Below, in pieces: positions 20,719 through 29,947 of a stretch of DNA of 50,754 nucleotides. Position 1 is the first letter of the stretch, and every line of letters begins with the position of its first letter. The notes below the pieces were generated by a model that did not search any database, was not told the DNA's origin, and saw only the letters and a program-made list of their open reading frames with translations. The position numbers and the translations under genes are program-made. Origin of the DNA: Reyranella sp. (GTDB lineage Bacteria; Pseudomonadota; Alphaproteobacteria; Reyranellales; Reyranellaceae); assembly GCA_017990895.1 (NCBI GenBank), contig JAGNNA010000001.1, forward strand, positions 1 to 50,754, given 5' to 3'.

Positions 20719-21277
20719 CGGAGAGAAAAGGGCGCGGCTTCTGTCGCTTCTCGCCCTGCCGATGCTCCTGGCGGCCGCCTTTGCCGTCAATGCCCGCCGC
20801 AACATCGCGGACCATGTCGAGCAGATCGAAACACGGGCGCGGCCGGCCGCAGGCCAGACCCATGCCGGCGCCGTCTGGCAGGTCGAGAAAGTGCGGCTGA
20901 TCGGCGATAGGCGCGATACCAAGGTGACGTTCCCCGGCCAGATGCGGCTCGTCATCGTGCAACTGAAGGCGACGGCACGGGAGGCGATCGGCGGGCAATG
21001 GGCGCAATGCCGGTTCACCCTCGTGGACGACGAGGGCCGGCGATGGCTGCCGCTCGATCCGACGCTCTCGCGCGACATCAGCCGCGACCTCGACCGGAAA
21101 GCCAGCCCCGTCGACGGTTGCGGCATCGCCTCGCTGCATCCGCCGCCGAAAGACGGCAGCGTGACGATCGAGGAGAAGTTCGTCGTCCCGGCGGATGTCC
21201 TGCCGGCGCTGGAGGCCCGGCTCAGTTTCGTGGCGACCCGCCCCGACGTGCTCTCGCTCCCGCTGAAATTCGACTGA
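20705..21277 (+). CDS. Hypothetical single-TM-anchored protein
   Basis: Overlaps the upstream stop; N-terminal TM; CRFTLVDDEGRRW, a second Cys, KFVVPAD. Confidence 0.7.
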   Translation: MTASSGEKRARLLSLLALPMLLAAAFAVNARRNIADHVEQIETRARPAAGQTHAGAVWQVEKVRLIGDRRDTKVTFPGQMRLVIVQLKATAREAIGGQWAQCRFTLVDDEGRRWLPLDPTLSRDISRDLDRKASPVDGCGIASLHPPPKDGSVTIEEKFVVPADVLPALEARLSFVATRPDVLSLPLKFD

Positions 21278-21292
21278 TCCTCAGAGGCGCGC

Positions 21293-22555
21293 CTACCAGG
21301 TGCGGCCCTGCGCAAAGCCGATCTCGAGCGCGGCTGCCAGCAGGCAGATCTTGACCGGCATCATCAGCACGCCGTCGCCCGGCGCACTCGGCGTGCCGAT
21401 GAACAGTGAGATGCCCTGCGCGATGATCTGCCAGAGTCGGAATTCGTGCGGGCCCACGAGTTGGGTGAGACCGTACCAGGCCCATGCGGACCCCCAGTCG
21501 AGCAGGCGGAAGAGTATGACGGTCGCGAGCACCAGGGCGAGGCCCGACTGCAAGGTCAGCCCCACGCCCTCTGCCAGGGCGCGGTAGCGTTTGATGGTTC
21601 CCGCGATGAAGTGCGAGACGAAGTCGTGCACCGCCTTCGGAAGCGCCTGCCAGCGCAAGACCACTCGGCCGAGGCGACCGTCGCCGACAGGCTTCGCAGC
21701 ACCGATGTCGTAACCGTAGACCACGGCCGCAAGCGTCATCCAGACAACGGGATAGAGCCCGTAGAGGAACAGGGAGTTCAGGCGTTTAGAGAGCGCGGGA
21801 ACTGCCGCCTCGGGCGGCGGCGGCAGGATGCTGTCGGCGGCGGCTTCGCGGATCGGGTCGAGCAAGCCGATGAACATGCCGATCCGGCCGGCCCAATGGG
21901 CGATCCAGGCCCGGATTTCGGCCTCCCAGTTTGAGACGACGAACAGGGCGACGAAGGCCCAGTTGGCTTCGCAGATGACGATGACGAGGGGCCAGACGGA
22001 CGCCTTCGAACGCTTGTGCATGTACTTCGCGAAACGCCTCACGGCCCAGGCGACGGCCACGGAGGCGAATAGCCAGGTGCCGCCGGAGACCTGCAGCAGG
22101 TTGCCGCTCTCGCCGGCCATCATCAGGTCGAGGACCAGTTTCGAATAGTCGCGCACCGTGTCGCTCAGGAAGCCCCAGGCGGCGTAGAAGGCAAAGAACG
22201 GCACCAGCGTGAGCGTCAGCACGGATGCGAAACCTGCCGGAGCCGGTTCCTCTGCCGGCGATTCGTTCGCCGTTGCCGCCCGCGTCGCGGCGTCGAGCGC
22301 CGGCAGTCCCGGCCGTACGATCTGGAACAGCGCAACGATGACGACGAGCTTCAGCAAGACGACGAGGGAGAGGGTCGAGAGGCCGGCCAGCGCGTTCAGG
22401 CGGCCGATCAGCGCGGCAAACTCGTTGAGCAGCAGATTGCCGATGAATCCGGCCGTCCACACCGCCATCAGTTGCGGCCAGTAGCGCCGCAGGAGCCGGA
22501 GCGTCAGCACAGGCAGGCGAAAGACCGGCCCGGGGACCGGCGATGCAGCCATCAT
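21293..22555 (-). CDS. Hypothetical polytopic membrane protein
   Basis: About 8-9 hydrophobic segments (LVPFFAFYAAWG, VICEANWAF, PVVWMTLAAVVYG). The start could instead be 22564 or 22552. Confidence 0.75.
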   Translation of the reverse strand: MMAASPVPGPVFRLPVLTLRLLRRYWPQLMAVWTAGFIGNLLLNEFAALIGRLNALAGLSTLSLVVLLKLVVIVALFQIVRPGLPALDAATRAATANESPAEEPAPAGFASVLTLTLVPFFAFYAAWGFLSDTVRDYSKLVLDLMMAGESGNLLQVSGGTWLFASVAVAWAVRRFAKYMHKRSKASVWPLVIVICEANWAFVALFVVSNWEAEIRAWIAHWAGRIGMFIGLLDPIREAAADSILPPPPEAAVPALSKRLNSLFLYGLYPVVWMTLAAVVYGYDIGAAKPVGDGRLGRVVLRWQALPKAVHDFVSHFIAGTIKRYRALAEGVGLTLQSGLALVLATVILFRLLDWGSAWAWYGLTQLVGPHEFRLWQIIAQGISLFIGTPSAPGDGVLMMPVKICLLAAALEIGFAQGRTW

Positions 22556-22633
22556 ACGGAGCATGCCTGAAGATGGAGCTGCTTCAGGCCGCCGACAACC
22601 AGGGAGCCTCGATTGACCTGCGACGTATGAGGA

Positions 22634-24184
22634 TCAGGGCCGCATCCACAGGTTCGCGGGCCCGCTGCCACGCACCGGAGCAGCCAGGTCGACGAATTCG
22701 CAGAGAATCTTGCGCGTATCGCGCGGATCGATGATCTCCTCGATCCAGAAGCTCTCGGCGCTGCGGAACGGCGAGCGCAGCTTGTTCAGACGGTCCTCGA
22801 TCTCCGCCATCTTGGCCTTGGGATCCTCCGCGGCGTCGATATCGGCGCGATAGGCCGCCTCGATGCCGCCTTCCAGCGGCAGCGATCCCCAGCGGCCGGA
22901 CGGCCAGGCATAACGCCAGTTCATGCGCGAGCCGTTCTGGTGCGCGGCACCCGCCACGCCGAAGGCGTTGCGGATGATGAAGGTGCACCACGGCACGGTG
23001 GTCTGGAACATCGAGGACATGGCGCGCACGCCCTGGCGGATGACGCCGCTCTTTTCGGCCTCGAGGCCGATGAGGAAGCCGGGGCAGTCGCAGAAATAGA
23101 CGACCGGCAGGTGGAAGGTCTCGGCGAGGTCGAGGAAGCGCGTCACCTTCTGGCAGGTATCGGCCGTCCAGCCGCCGCCGTAGAACATCGGATCGCTCGC
23201 CATCACCGCCACGGGCCAGCCGTCGACGCGTGCGAAGCCCGTCACGACCGAGCGGCCGTAGAGCCGGCCCATCTCGAAGAAGCTGCCCTGGTCGACGACC
23301 TTCTCGACGATCGGGCGGATGCGATAGACCTTGCGGATGTCGCGCGGGATTGCGTCGAACAGCGACTCCTCGCGCCGCGCCGGATCGTCGGTGACGGGGC
23401 CGCGGGGCGGTGCGTCGTAGACCGAGGATGGCAGGTAGGACAGGAATCGGCGCGCCGCGGCGAAGGCCTCTTCCTCGCTGTCGACCGCCTCGTCGATTGC
23501 GCCGGCGCGCAGCTGGATCTCCCAGCCGCCCAGTTCCTGCTTGTCGTACTGCTTGGGACTCAGCCGGTTCACGACCGGCGGCCCGGCGACGAACATCGCC
23601 GAGATGTCCTTCACCATTACCGAATAGTGGGTGGCCGCGAGTCGGGCAGCCCCGAGACCCGCGACGGAGCCCAGGCCGAGGCCCACGGTGGGCACGGCGC
23701 CCATGTTGCGCACGGTCCATTCCCAGCCGGCGACGCCCGGCACGTTGGCACGGCCCGTCGTCTCGATCGTCTTCACCGATCCGCCGCCGCCGGAGCCTTC
23801 GATCATACGAACGACCGGGATACGGTACTGGTTGGCGTAGCGTTCGACGTAGTTGGACTTCTCCTTGATCGTGGCGTCGGCCGAGCCGCCGCGCACCGTG
23901 AAGTCGTCCCCCGTCACGGCAACATGCCGCCCGTCGATCTTGCCGCGGCCCATGACGACGTTCGCCGGGGTGAGATCGACCAGGTCGTTGCGTCCGTCAT
24001 ACTCCGCCTTCCCGGCGACGCTGCCGATCTCGCGGAAGGAACCCTCGTCGAGCAACCGGTCGATGCGTTCGCGGACCGTGAGGCGGCCGCCATCGTGCTG
24101 GCGCTTCACCTTGTCGGCGCCGCCCATGCGCTTCGTCATTTCCTGACGGCGGCGCAACTCGTCCATTTCCGGTTGCCAGCTCAT
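22634..24184 (-). CDS. Acyl-CoA carboxylase carboxyltransferase (beta) subunit
   Basis: GRLTVRERID, DDFTVRGGS, AMFVAGPPV, DCPGFLIG, EEIIDPRDTR. Confidence 0.9.
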   Translation of the reverse strand: MSWQPEMDELRRRQEMTKRMGGADKVKRQHDGGRLTVRERIDRLLDEGSFREIGSVAGKAEYDGRNDLVDLTPANVVMGRGKIDGRHVAVTGDDFTVRGGSADATIKEKSNYVERYANQYRIPVVRMIEGSGGGGSVKTIETTGRANVPGVAGWEWTVRNMGAVPTVGLGLGSVAGLGAARLAATHYSVMVKDISAMFVAGPPVVNRLSPKQYDKQELGGWEIQLRAGAIDEAVDSEEEAFAAARRFLSYLPSSVYDAPPRGPVTDDPARREESLFDAIPRDIRKVYRIRPIVEKVVDQGSFFEMGRLYGRSVVTGFARVDGWPVAVMASDPMFYGGGWTADTCQKVTRFLDLAETFHLPVVYFCDCPGFLIGLEAEKSGVIRQGVRAMSSMFQTTVPWCTFIIRNAFGVAGAAHQNGSRMNWRYAWPSGRWGSLPLEGGIEAAYRADIDAAEDPKAKMAEIEDRLNKLRSPFRSAESFWIEEIIDPRDTRKILCEFVDLAAPVRGSGPANLWMRP

Positions 24185-24293
24185 CTCGACGCATCCCCCG
24201 ATCGTTTGTCGGAACGTTTCCAGCCCTCGCGGTTCGTACCAACCAGGACCCGGAGCGGCTACAGTAAAGCGGTCTGCGCGGGGGAGCCGACCG

Positions 24294-24830
24294 ATGGACG
24301 AAACGGCAAGGCGGGGAAGGGCGACGCTACACATGATCTGCGGCAAGATTGCCGCCGGAAAGTCGACGCTCGCGGCCAGGCTGGCGACGCGTCCGGGCAC
24401 GATTCGCGTTATCGAAGATGCGTGGCTCGCCTGTCTCTACAAGGATGAGCAGAAGACGCTCGAGGATTATGTGCGCAATTCGCGTCGACTGCGCGAGGCG
24501 ATGGGCGACCATGTCGTGGCGCTGCTCGAGGCGGGCCTGTCGGTGGTGCTCGACTTTCCCGCCAACACGCCGGCCAGTCGCCAGTGGATGCGCAGTCTCT
24601 TCGAGCGTGCCGGAGCGGACCACCGGCTGCATTTTCTCGACGTGCCGGACGAGGTATGCAAGGCACGGCTGCGCGCCCGCAACGCCGCCGGCACGCACGC
24701 CTTCAACGCGAGCGACGCGGAGTTCGACCTCTTTACCCGCTATTTCGTGCCGCCCTCGGCCGACGAGGGCTTCGCGGTCGCGTCCGAGGGCGAATCGAAA
24801 ACGACACCGTCGATCAGGTTCTCTTCGTAG
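24294..24830 (+). CDS. P-loop kinase/ATPase (AAA_33-like)
   Basis: LHMICGKIAAGKST, SVVLDFPANT, CKARLRARN. Confidence 0.82.
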   Translation: MDETARRGRATLHMICGKIAAGKSTLAARLATRPGTIRVIEDAWLACLYKDEQKTLEDYVRNSRRLREAMGDHVVALLEAGLSVVLDFPANTPASRQWMRSLFERAGADHRLHFLDVPDEVCKARLRARNAAGTHAFNASDAEFDLFTRYFVPPSADEGFAVASEGESKTTPSIRFSS

Positions 24831-25837
24831 AGGCGCGCCAGATCGATCCCGCCCGGAGGGCGCGCCACGACGAACGCAGCGATGGCGCGCTGGAGCCTCG
24901 CCTCCTGGTCTCGGCGCAGGGCCTCGGCTTCTTCGACGGTGATCGCGCCGAACCGCACGGTCTGGCCGGGCAGCAGGCGTCCGAGACGCGGCAGGTCGAC
25001 CGATGCGACGGTTGCGATCTTCGGGTAACCGCCGACCGTCTGGCGGTCGGCCAACAGTACGATCGGCAGGCCGGCACCCGGTACCTGGATGGCGCCGGGG
25101 GCGATGCCGTCGGAGATGATGTCGGCGCCACCCTGGTCGACGCCTTTTGCGTGGGCGATCGTCGGTCCCTCGAAGCGGATGCCCATGCGATCGGCTTCCT
25201 TGGACACGCGATACTCGGACTCGACGAAGGTCCGGCGGCCCTCGTCGCTGAAATAATCTTCCTGCGGACCCCAGACCACGCGCAGCGGCCCGCTGCCATA
25301 GTCGAAGGGCTGCGCCAGCCGGCGCTCGTCGCCCGCGGGGGCAACGGCTTTCGCGAGCGGCAGCAGGTCGCCCGCCGCGAGCTTGCGGCCGTCGAAACCG
25401 CCGATGCCGGCCCTCGAATAGGTCGAAAGACTGCTCATGAAGGCCGGCAGGTCGAAGCCGCCGGCCACGGCGAGATAGGCCGTGCTCGATCCCTCGATCA
25501 TGCCGACGCGCAGGATCTGCCCGCGCTTCAGGAGATGGCTGCGGTCGGAGTCGAGCGGCTTGGGTGCCGCATCGGGTCCTTCGATCAACGCGGGCGAGAG
25601 CGGCCCCACCAGCGCAATCCGGATACTGTCCGCCTCGACAAGCAGGTCTGGGCCCATCACGCCGATCTCGAGCCCGGCGATATTGGCGGTATTGCCCGCC
25701 AGGGCGTTGGCAAGGCTGAGGCCGATCCGGTCCATCGCGCCGGCAGTCGGCATGCCGAGCGCCATGAACCCGCTGCGGCCGAAATCCTGCAACGTGTCGA
25801 ACAGACCCGCGCGGACGACTTTCAAACCGGCGGTCAT
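24740..25837 (-). CDS. pxpC: 5-oxoprolinase subunit C (KipA/AHS2)
   Basis: TLQDFGR, AGAMD, YLAVAGG, ADRMGIR, GAIQVP, DRQTVGGYPKIA. Confidence 0.88.
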   Translation of the reverse strand: MTAGLKVVRAGLFDTLQDFGRSGFMALGMPTAGAMDRIGLSLANALAGNTANIAGLEIGVMGPDLLVEADSIRIALVGPLSPALIEGPDAAPKPLDSDRSHLLKRGQILRVGMIEGSSTAYLAVAGGFDLPAFMSSLSTYSRAGIGGFDGRKLAAGDLLPLAKAVAPAGDERRLAQPFDYGSGPLRVVWGPQEDYFSDEGRRTFVESEYRVSKEADRMGIRFEGPTIAHAKGVDQGGADIISDGIAPGAIQVPGAGLPIVLLADRQTVGGYPKIATVASVDLPRLGRLLPGQTVRFGAITVEEAEALRRDQEARLQRAIAAFVVARPPGGIDLARLYEENLIDGVVFDSPSDATAKPSSAEGGTK

Positions 25838-25847
25838 TTTTCCTGAT

Positions 25848-25957
25848 CCTCCCCATTCAGATGGGGAGGTGGCCGCGAAGCGGACGGAGGGGTCATGGGC
25901 GCCCTTGACCCCTCCGTCGGCCTGAGAGGCCGACACCTCCCCATATGAATGGGGAGG
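25848..25957. repeat. 110-bp nested palindromic intergenic element (alphaproteobacterial CIR/RIME-type)
   Basis: Outer arms CCTCCCCATTCAGATGGGGAGGTG / CACCTCCCCATATGAATGGGGAGG are inverted with one mismatch and each is self-palindromic. Inner perfect IR: GACGGAGGGGTCA / TGACCCCTCCGTC. Confidence 0.85.
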
Positions 25958-25973
25958 CGAAGAAAGATGGCGC

Positions 25974-26711
25974 TCATTTGCTCTTCACCAGGCTCGACCA
26001 GTCGAACGTGCCGGTCTCGACCTCGGCGGCGATGCGATCGAAACTCTTGCGATCGATGCGTTCGAAGGCGAGCGAATCCCCGGGCGACAGGAACACCGGC
26101 TGCTCGCGGCGCTTGTCGAACATCCAGAGCGGCGTGCGGCCGATCAGATGCCAGCCGCCCGGACTCTCGAAAGGATAGATCGTCGTCATGTCCATGGCGA
26201 TGGCGACCGAGGAGCGCGGCACCCGCACGCGCGGCTGGCTGCGGCGCGGCAGGAAGAGCGACTGTTCGAGCCCCGCGATGTAGGCGAGGCCCGGCATGAA
26301 GCCCAGCACGTAGACCTTGAAGGGCGAGGCAAGGTGGGCCGCGATCACCTCTTCCGGCGTTTTCTTCGTGCGCTCCGCGACCTCGGCAAGGTCGGGCGCG
26401 AATTCCGGGTCGTCGTAACAACAGGGAATTGCGACTTGTCGGCTCTTTGCGTCGACGGGCAGGCCGCGGGTGATCAGCGCGTCGACCTGGGGCTGCAGGT
26501 CGGCCCTGCTGGTCGACAGCGGGTCGTAGGTCACCATCAGGGACCGCATGGTGGGAACAGTCTCGACGACGCCCGAGATCTCGCCGGCGTCGCGGGCCAG
26601 GCCGATGGCGGCATGCAGCGCCATCACCCTGCCGTTGATCTCGGGGGAAATCTCGTTGCCGAACTCGACAGTGAAGGCGGTGTCGCCGCAGGATAGGTAC
26701 CGAACGCTCAC
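25974..26711 (-). CDS. pxpB: 5-oxoprolinase subunit B (KipI/AHS1)
   Basis: GDTAFTVEFG, PTMRSLMVTYDP, LGFMPGLAY, YPFESPGGWHLIGRT. The start codon is GTG. Confidence 0.9.
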   Translation of the reverse strand: MSVRYLSCGDTAFTVEFGNEISPEINGRVMALHAAIGLARDAGEISGVVETVPTMRSLMVTYDPLSTSRADLQPQVDALITRGLPVDAKSRQVAIPCCYDDPEFAPDLAEVAERTKKTPEEVIAAHLASPFKVYVLGFMPGLAYIAGLEQSLFLPRRSQPRVRVPRSSVAIAMDMTTIYPFESPGGWHLIGRTPLWMFDKRREQPVFLSPGDSLAFERIDRKSFDRIAAEVETGTFDWSSLVKSK

Positions 26712-26748
26712 TCTGCTACGATAGCGCCTCGAATTGAGGGAGTCTCCC

Positions 26749-27546
26749 ATGGCCGCCGCAACGAATGCCGGACACGTGAACATCAACTCCGACCTGGGCG
26801 AAAGCTTCGGACCCTGGGTTATGGGTAACGACACCGAGGTGCTGAAGATCGTGACCTCGGCCAACGTGGCCTGTGGCTTCCATGCCAGCGACCCGGTCGT
26901 GATGATGGATACGGTGAAGCTCTGCGCGCAGAACGGCGTCTCGATCGGCGCCCATCCGGGCTTCGCCGACCTGCAGGGTTTCGGCCGCCGCGTCGTCAAC
27001 CTCACGATCAAGGAGCTGGAGGCCAACATCGCCTACCAGATCGGGGCATTGCAGGCGATCGCCGCCCTCCATGGCGCCAAGGTCACCCACATGAAGCCGC
27101 ACGGCATGATGGCCAACATGTCGGCCGAGAGCCCGGAAATGTCGGAGGCGATCGCCCGCGCGACCAAGGCGGTCGACCGCGACCTGATCTTCCTCTGCCA
27201 AGCCAATACCGAGCAGGGCAAGGCGGCCCGCAAGTACGGCTTGCGCGCCGCTGAGGAGGTGTTCGCGGACCGGACCTACACCGATGCCGGCCTGCTGACG
27301 CCGCGCAAGGAAGCCAATTCGATGATCAAGGACCCGGCCAAGGCGGTCGAGCATGTCCGGCGCATGGTCGACGAGCAGGCGATCTACTCGACCTCGGGCA
27401 AGCGCATCCCCTGCCAGGTCGATTCCATCTGTGTGCACGGCGATGGCCCGACGGCCGTGACCGTCGCGACAGCGGTCCGCCAAGGGCTGGAGGCGGCCGG
27501 AATCCGCATCGTGCCGCTGCCCGAGATGCCCAGCCTCCGTTCCTGA
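26749..27546 (+). CDS. pxpA: 5-oxoprolinase subunit A (LamB/YcsF)
   Basis: NSDLGESFG, SANVACGFHA, IGAHPG, KPHG, EVFADR, SICVHGD. Confidence 0.92.
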   Translation: MAAATNAGHVNINSDLGESFGPWVMGNDTEVLKIVTSANVACGFHASDPVVMMDTVKLCAQNGVSIGAHPGFADLQGFGRRVVNLTIKELEANIAYQIGALQAIAALHGAKVTHMKPHGMMANMSAESPEMSEAIARATKAVDRDLIFLCQANTEQGKAARKYGLRAAEEVFADRTYTDAGLLTPRKEANSMIKDPAKAVEHVRRMVDEQAIYSTSGKRIPCQVDSICVHGDGPTAVTVATAVRQGLEAAGIRIVPLPEMPSLRS

Positions 27547-27638
27547 TCCACGGGGCGATCCGTCGCGCTGACTTGTGGGACGCCGCTTCGCCGCTATAGT
27601 CCGGCCGATCCGATGGGAATTCGCGGCGGGAGTGGCGT

Positions 27639-29936
27639 ATGGCGGTGTTTGGCAAGGCTCAGTACATCAAGCGTGTCGAGGACGACCGTCTCCTGACGGG
27701 AACGGGTGGGTTCACCGACAACCTGTCTCGGCCGGATCAGGCCCATGTGGTCCTCGTCCGTTCTCCGCATGCCCATGCAAAAATCCTGAAGATCGATACG
27801 GAAGCCGCCAAGGCGGCGCCCGGCGTGGTTGCGGTCTACACCTGGGCCGACATGGAAAAGGACGGCGTTGGCAATTTCGCCTTCCCGGCGATGTTCCCGG
27901 CCGCCGACGGCAGCAAGCCGGAGATGACGCCCCGCCGGTCGCTGGCGCATGAGGTCGTGCGCTATGTCGGCGAGGCCGTCGTGGCCATCGTGGCCGATAC
28001 GCGCGAGCAGGCGCAGGACGCCGTGGAGCTGGTCGATATCGAGTACGAGCAATTGCCGTCTGTCACCGAGACCGAGGACGCGCTGAAGCCCGGCGCCCCG
28101 CAAGTCTGGCAGGGCGCGCCGGGAAATGTCGCCGGTTACAACAAGTTCGGCGATCATGCCAAGGCCGAGGAGGTCTTCAAGGCCGCGGCCCATGTCGTTT
28201 CGCTCGACATCGTCCACCAGCGCCTGATCGTGAACGCCATGGAGCCGCGCGCGGTGATGGCGGAATGGGAGAACGACCGGCTGATCGTCCATATCGGCAG
28301 CCAGAATCCGTCCGTGACGCGCGACACGCTGTGCGACGTCATCCTCAAGATGCCCAAGGAAAAGGTCCGCGTCGTGGTGCGCGACATCGGCGGTGGCTTC
28401 GGCATGAAGGTCGGCATCCAGCCCGATGAGGCGGTGGCCGTATGGGCCGCCAAGGTGCTGAAGCGCCCGGTGCGCTGGCGCGCCGAGCGCAGCGAGGAAT
28501 TTGCCGCGACGACCGCCGGCCGCGACCAGTTCCACAAGGCGTCGATGGCCTTCGACAAGGACGGCAGGATTCTGGGTCTGCGCATGGAGGCCTTCGCCAA
28601 TATCGGCGCCTATCCGTCGCGCGGCGGCGTGGTCATTCCGCTGTTCGTCGGCCCGAAGGTGACGACCGGCACCTACGACATTCCGCTGATCGATCTCCGG
28701 ATCACCTGCGTCATCACCAACACGGCGACGATCGGCGCCTATCGCGGCGCCGGCCGGCCGGAGTGCATCCTGAACCTCGAGCGGCTGATGGATACGGCGG
28801 CGCGTCAGATCGGCATGGATCCCGCCGAGCTGCGCCGCCGGAACTTCGTGAAGCCCTCGCAGATGCCCTACACCACGGCGATGGGCGAGAAGTACGATTC
28901 CGGCGACTTCGACCTGTTCCTCACCAAGACGCTCGAGGCCGCCGACTGGAACGGCTTCGCGGCGCGCAAGGCGGAGGCCGAGAAGCGCGGCAAGCTCTAC
29001 GGCCGCGGCCTCGCCTCCTACGTCGAATGGACGTCGGCCAACGTCATGAACGAGATGGCGCATTACGAGGTCAAGGAAGACGGCAAGGTCGTGATCTGGA
29101 TGGGCACGCAGGGCATGGGGCAGGGGCTGCAGACCAGCTTCACCCAGCTGGCTTCGGAGCTGCTGGGCATCGACCCGTCAAAGATCGAGATCGCGATGGG
29201 TGATTCGGATCGGGTGGGCGGCGTGGGCTCGATGGGCTCGCGCTCGGCCTATATCGGCGGTTCGGCGGTGCTGAGCGGCAGCGAGAAGCTGGTCGACAAG
29301 GGCAAGGAACTGGCGGCCGACGCGCTCGAGGCGGCGACCGCCGACATCGTCTATTCGGCCGGCCGCTTCACCATCACCGGCACCGATCGTGGCATCGGCC
29401 TCGGCGAGCTGGCGGCGAAGCAGCCCGACAAGCGCATATTCATCGAGAACGTGAACACGGTCGACGGCATCGCCTGGCCGAACGGCGCCCATGTCGGCGA
29501 GGTCGAGATCGATCCCGATACCGGGATGGTCGAGCTGAAGCGCTACACGACGGTCGACGATGTCGGCAAGCCGCTGCACCGCCCGATCGTGTTCGGCCAG
29601 ATCCATGGCGGCTGCGCCCAGGGCATCGGCCAGGCGCTGCTGGAGGAGAACGTCTACGATCGCGAAAGCGGCCAGCTGCTGACCGGCTCGTTCATGGATT
29701 ATGCGATGCCGCGGGCGGAGACCTTTCCGACCTTCAACAACCAGCTCGACGACACGGTTCCGGCGAAGAGCAATCCGATCGGCGCCAAGGGCGTCGGCGA
29801 GTCCGGTACGGTCGGATCGACGCCCACGGTCATGAACGCGATCATGGACGCGCTGTGGCCGCTCGGCGTGCGCACCCTTCAGATGCCGGCGACGCCGCAA
29901 CGCGTCTGGCAGGCCATCCAGGAAACGAGGAAGTAA
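27639..29936 (+). CDS. Xanthine dehydrogenase-family molybdopterin-binding large subunit (CoxL form II-like)
   Basis: RVEDDRLLTG, IGGGFGMK, AYRGAGRPE, GQGLQT, AKGVGESG. Confidence 0.9.
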   Translation: MAVFGKAQYIKRVEDDRLLTGTGGFTDNLSRPDQAHVVLVRSPHAHAKILKIDTEAAKAAPGVVAVYTWADMEKDGVGNFAFPAMFPAADGSKPEMTPRRSLAHEVVRYVGEAVVAIVADTREQAQDAVELVDIEYEQLPSVTETEDALKPGAPQVWQGAPGNVAGYNKFGDHAKAEEVFKAAAHVVSLDIVHQRLIVNAMEPRAVMAEWENDRLIVHIGSQNPSVTRDTLCDVILKMPKEKVRVVVRDIGGGFGMKVGIQPDEAVAVWAAKVLKRPVRWRAERSEEFAATTAGRDQFHKASMAFDKDGRILGLRMEAFANIGAYPSRGGVVIPLFVGPKVTTGTYDIPLIDLRITCVITNTATIGAYRGAGRPECILNLERLMDTAARQIGMDPAELRRRNFVKPSQMPYTTAMGEKYDSGDFDLFLTKTLEAADWNGFAARKAEAEKRGKLYGRGLASYVEWTSANVMNEMAHYEVKEDGKVVIWMGTQGMGQGLQTSFTQLASELLGIDPSKIEIAMGDSDRVGGVGSMGSRSAYIGGSAVLSGSEKLVDKGKELAADALEAATADIVYSAGRFTITGTDRGIGLGELAAKQPDKRIFIENVNTVDGIAWPNGAHVGEVEIDPDTGMVELKRYTTVDDVGKPLHRPIVFGQIHGGCAQGIGQALLEENVYDRESGQLLTGSFMDYAMPRAETFPTFNNQLDDTVPAKSNPIGAKGVGESGTVGSTPTVMNAIMDALWPLGVRTLQMPATPQRVWQAIQETRK

Positions 29937-29947
29937 CGGGCGGGGAG

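Noticed and set aside
27639-29936. Aerobic CO dehydrogenase
   Set aside because: The active-site loop is AYRGAGR rather than AYxCSFR, and there are no cox accessory genes.
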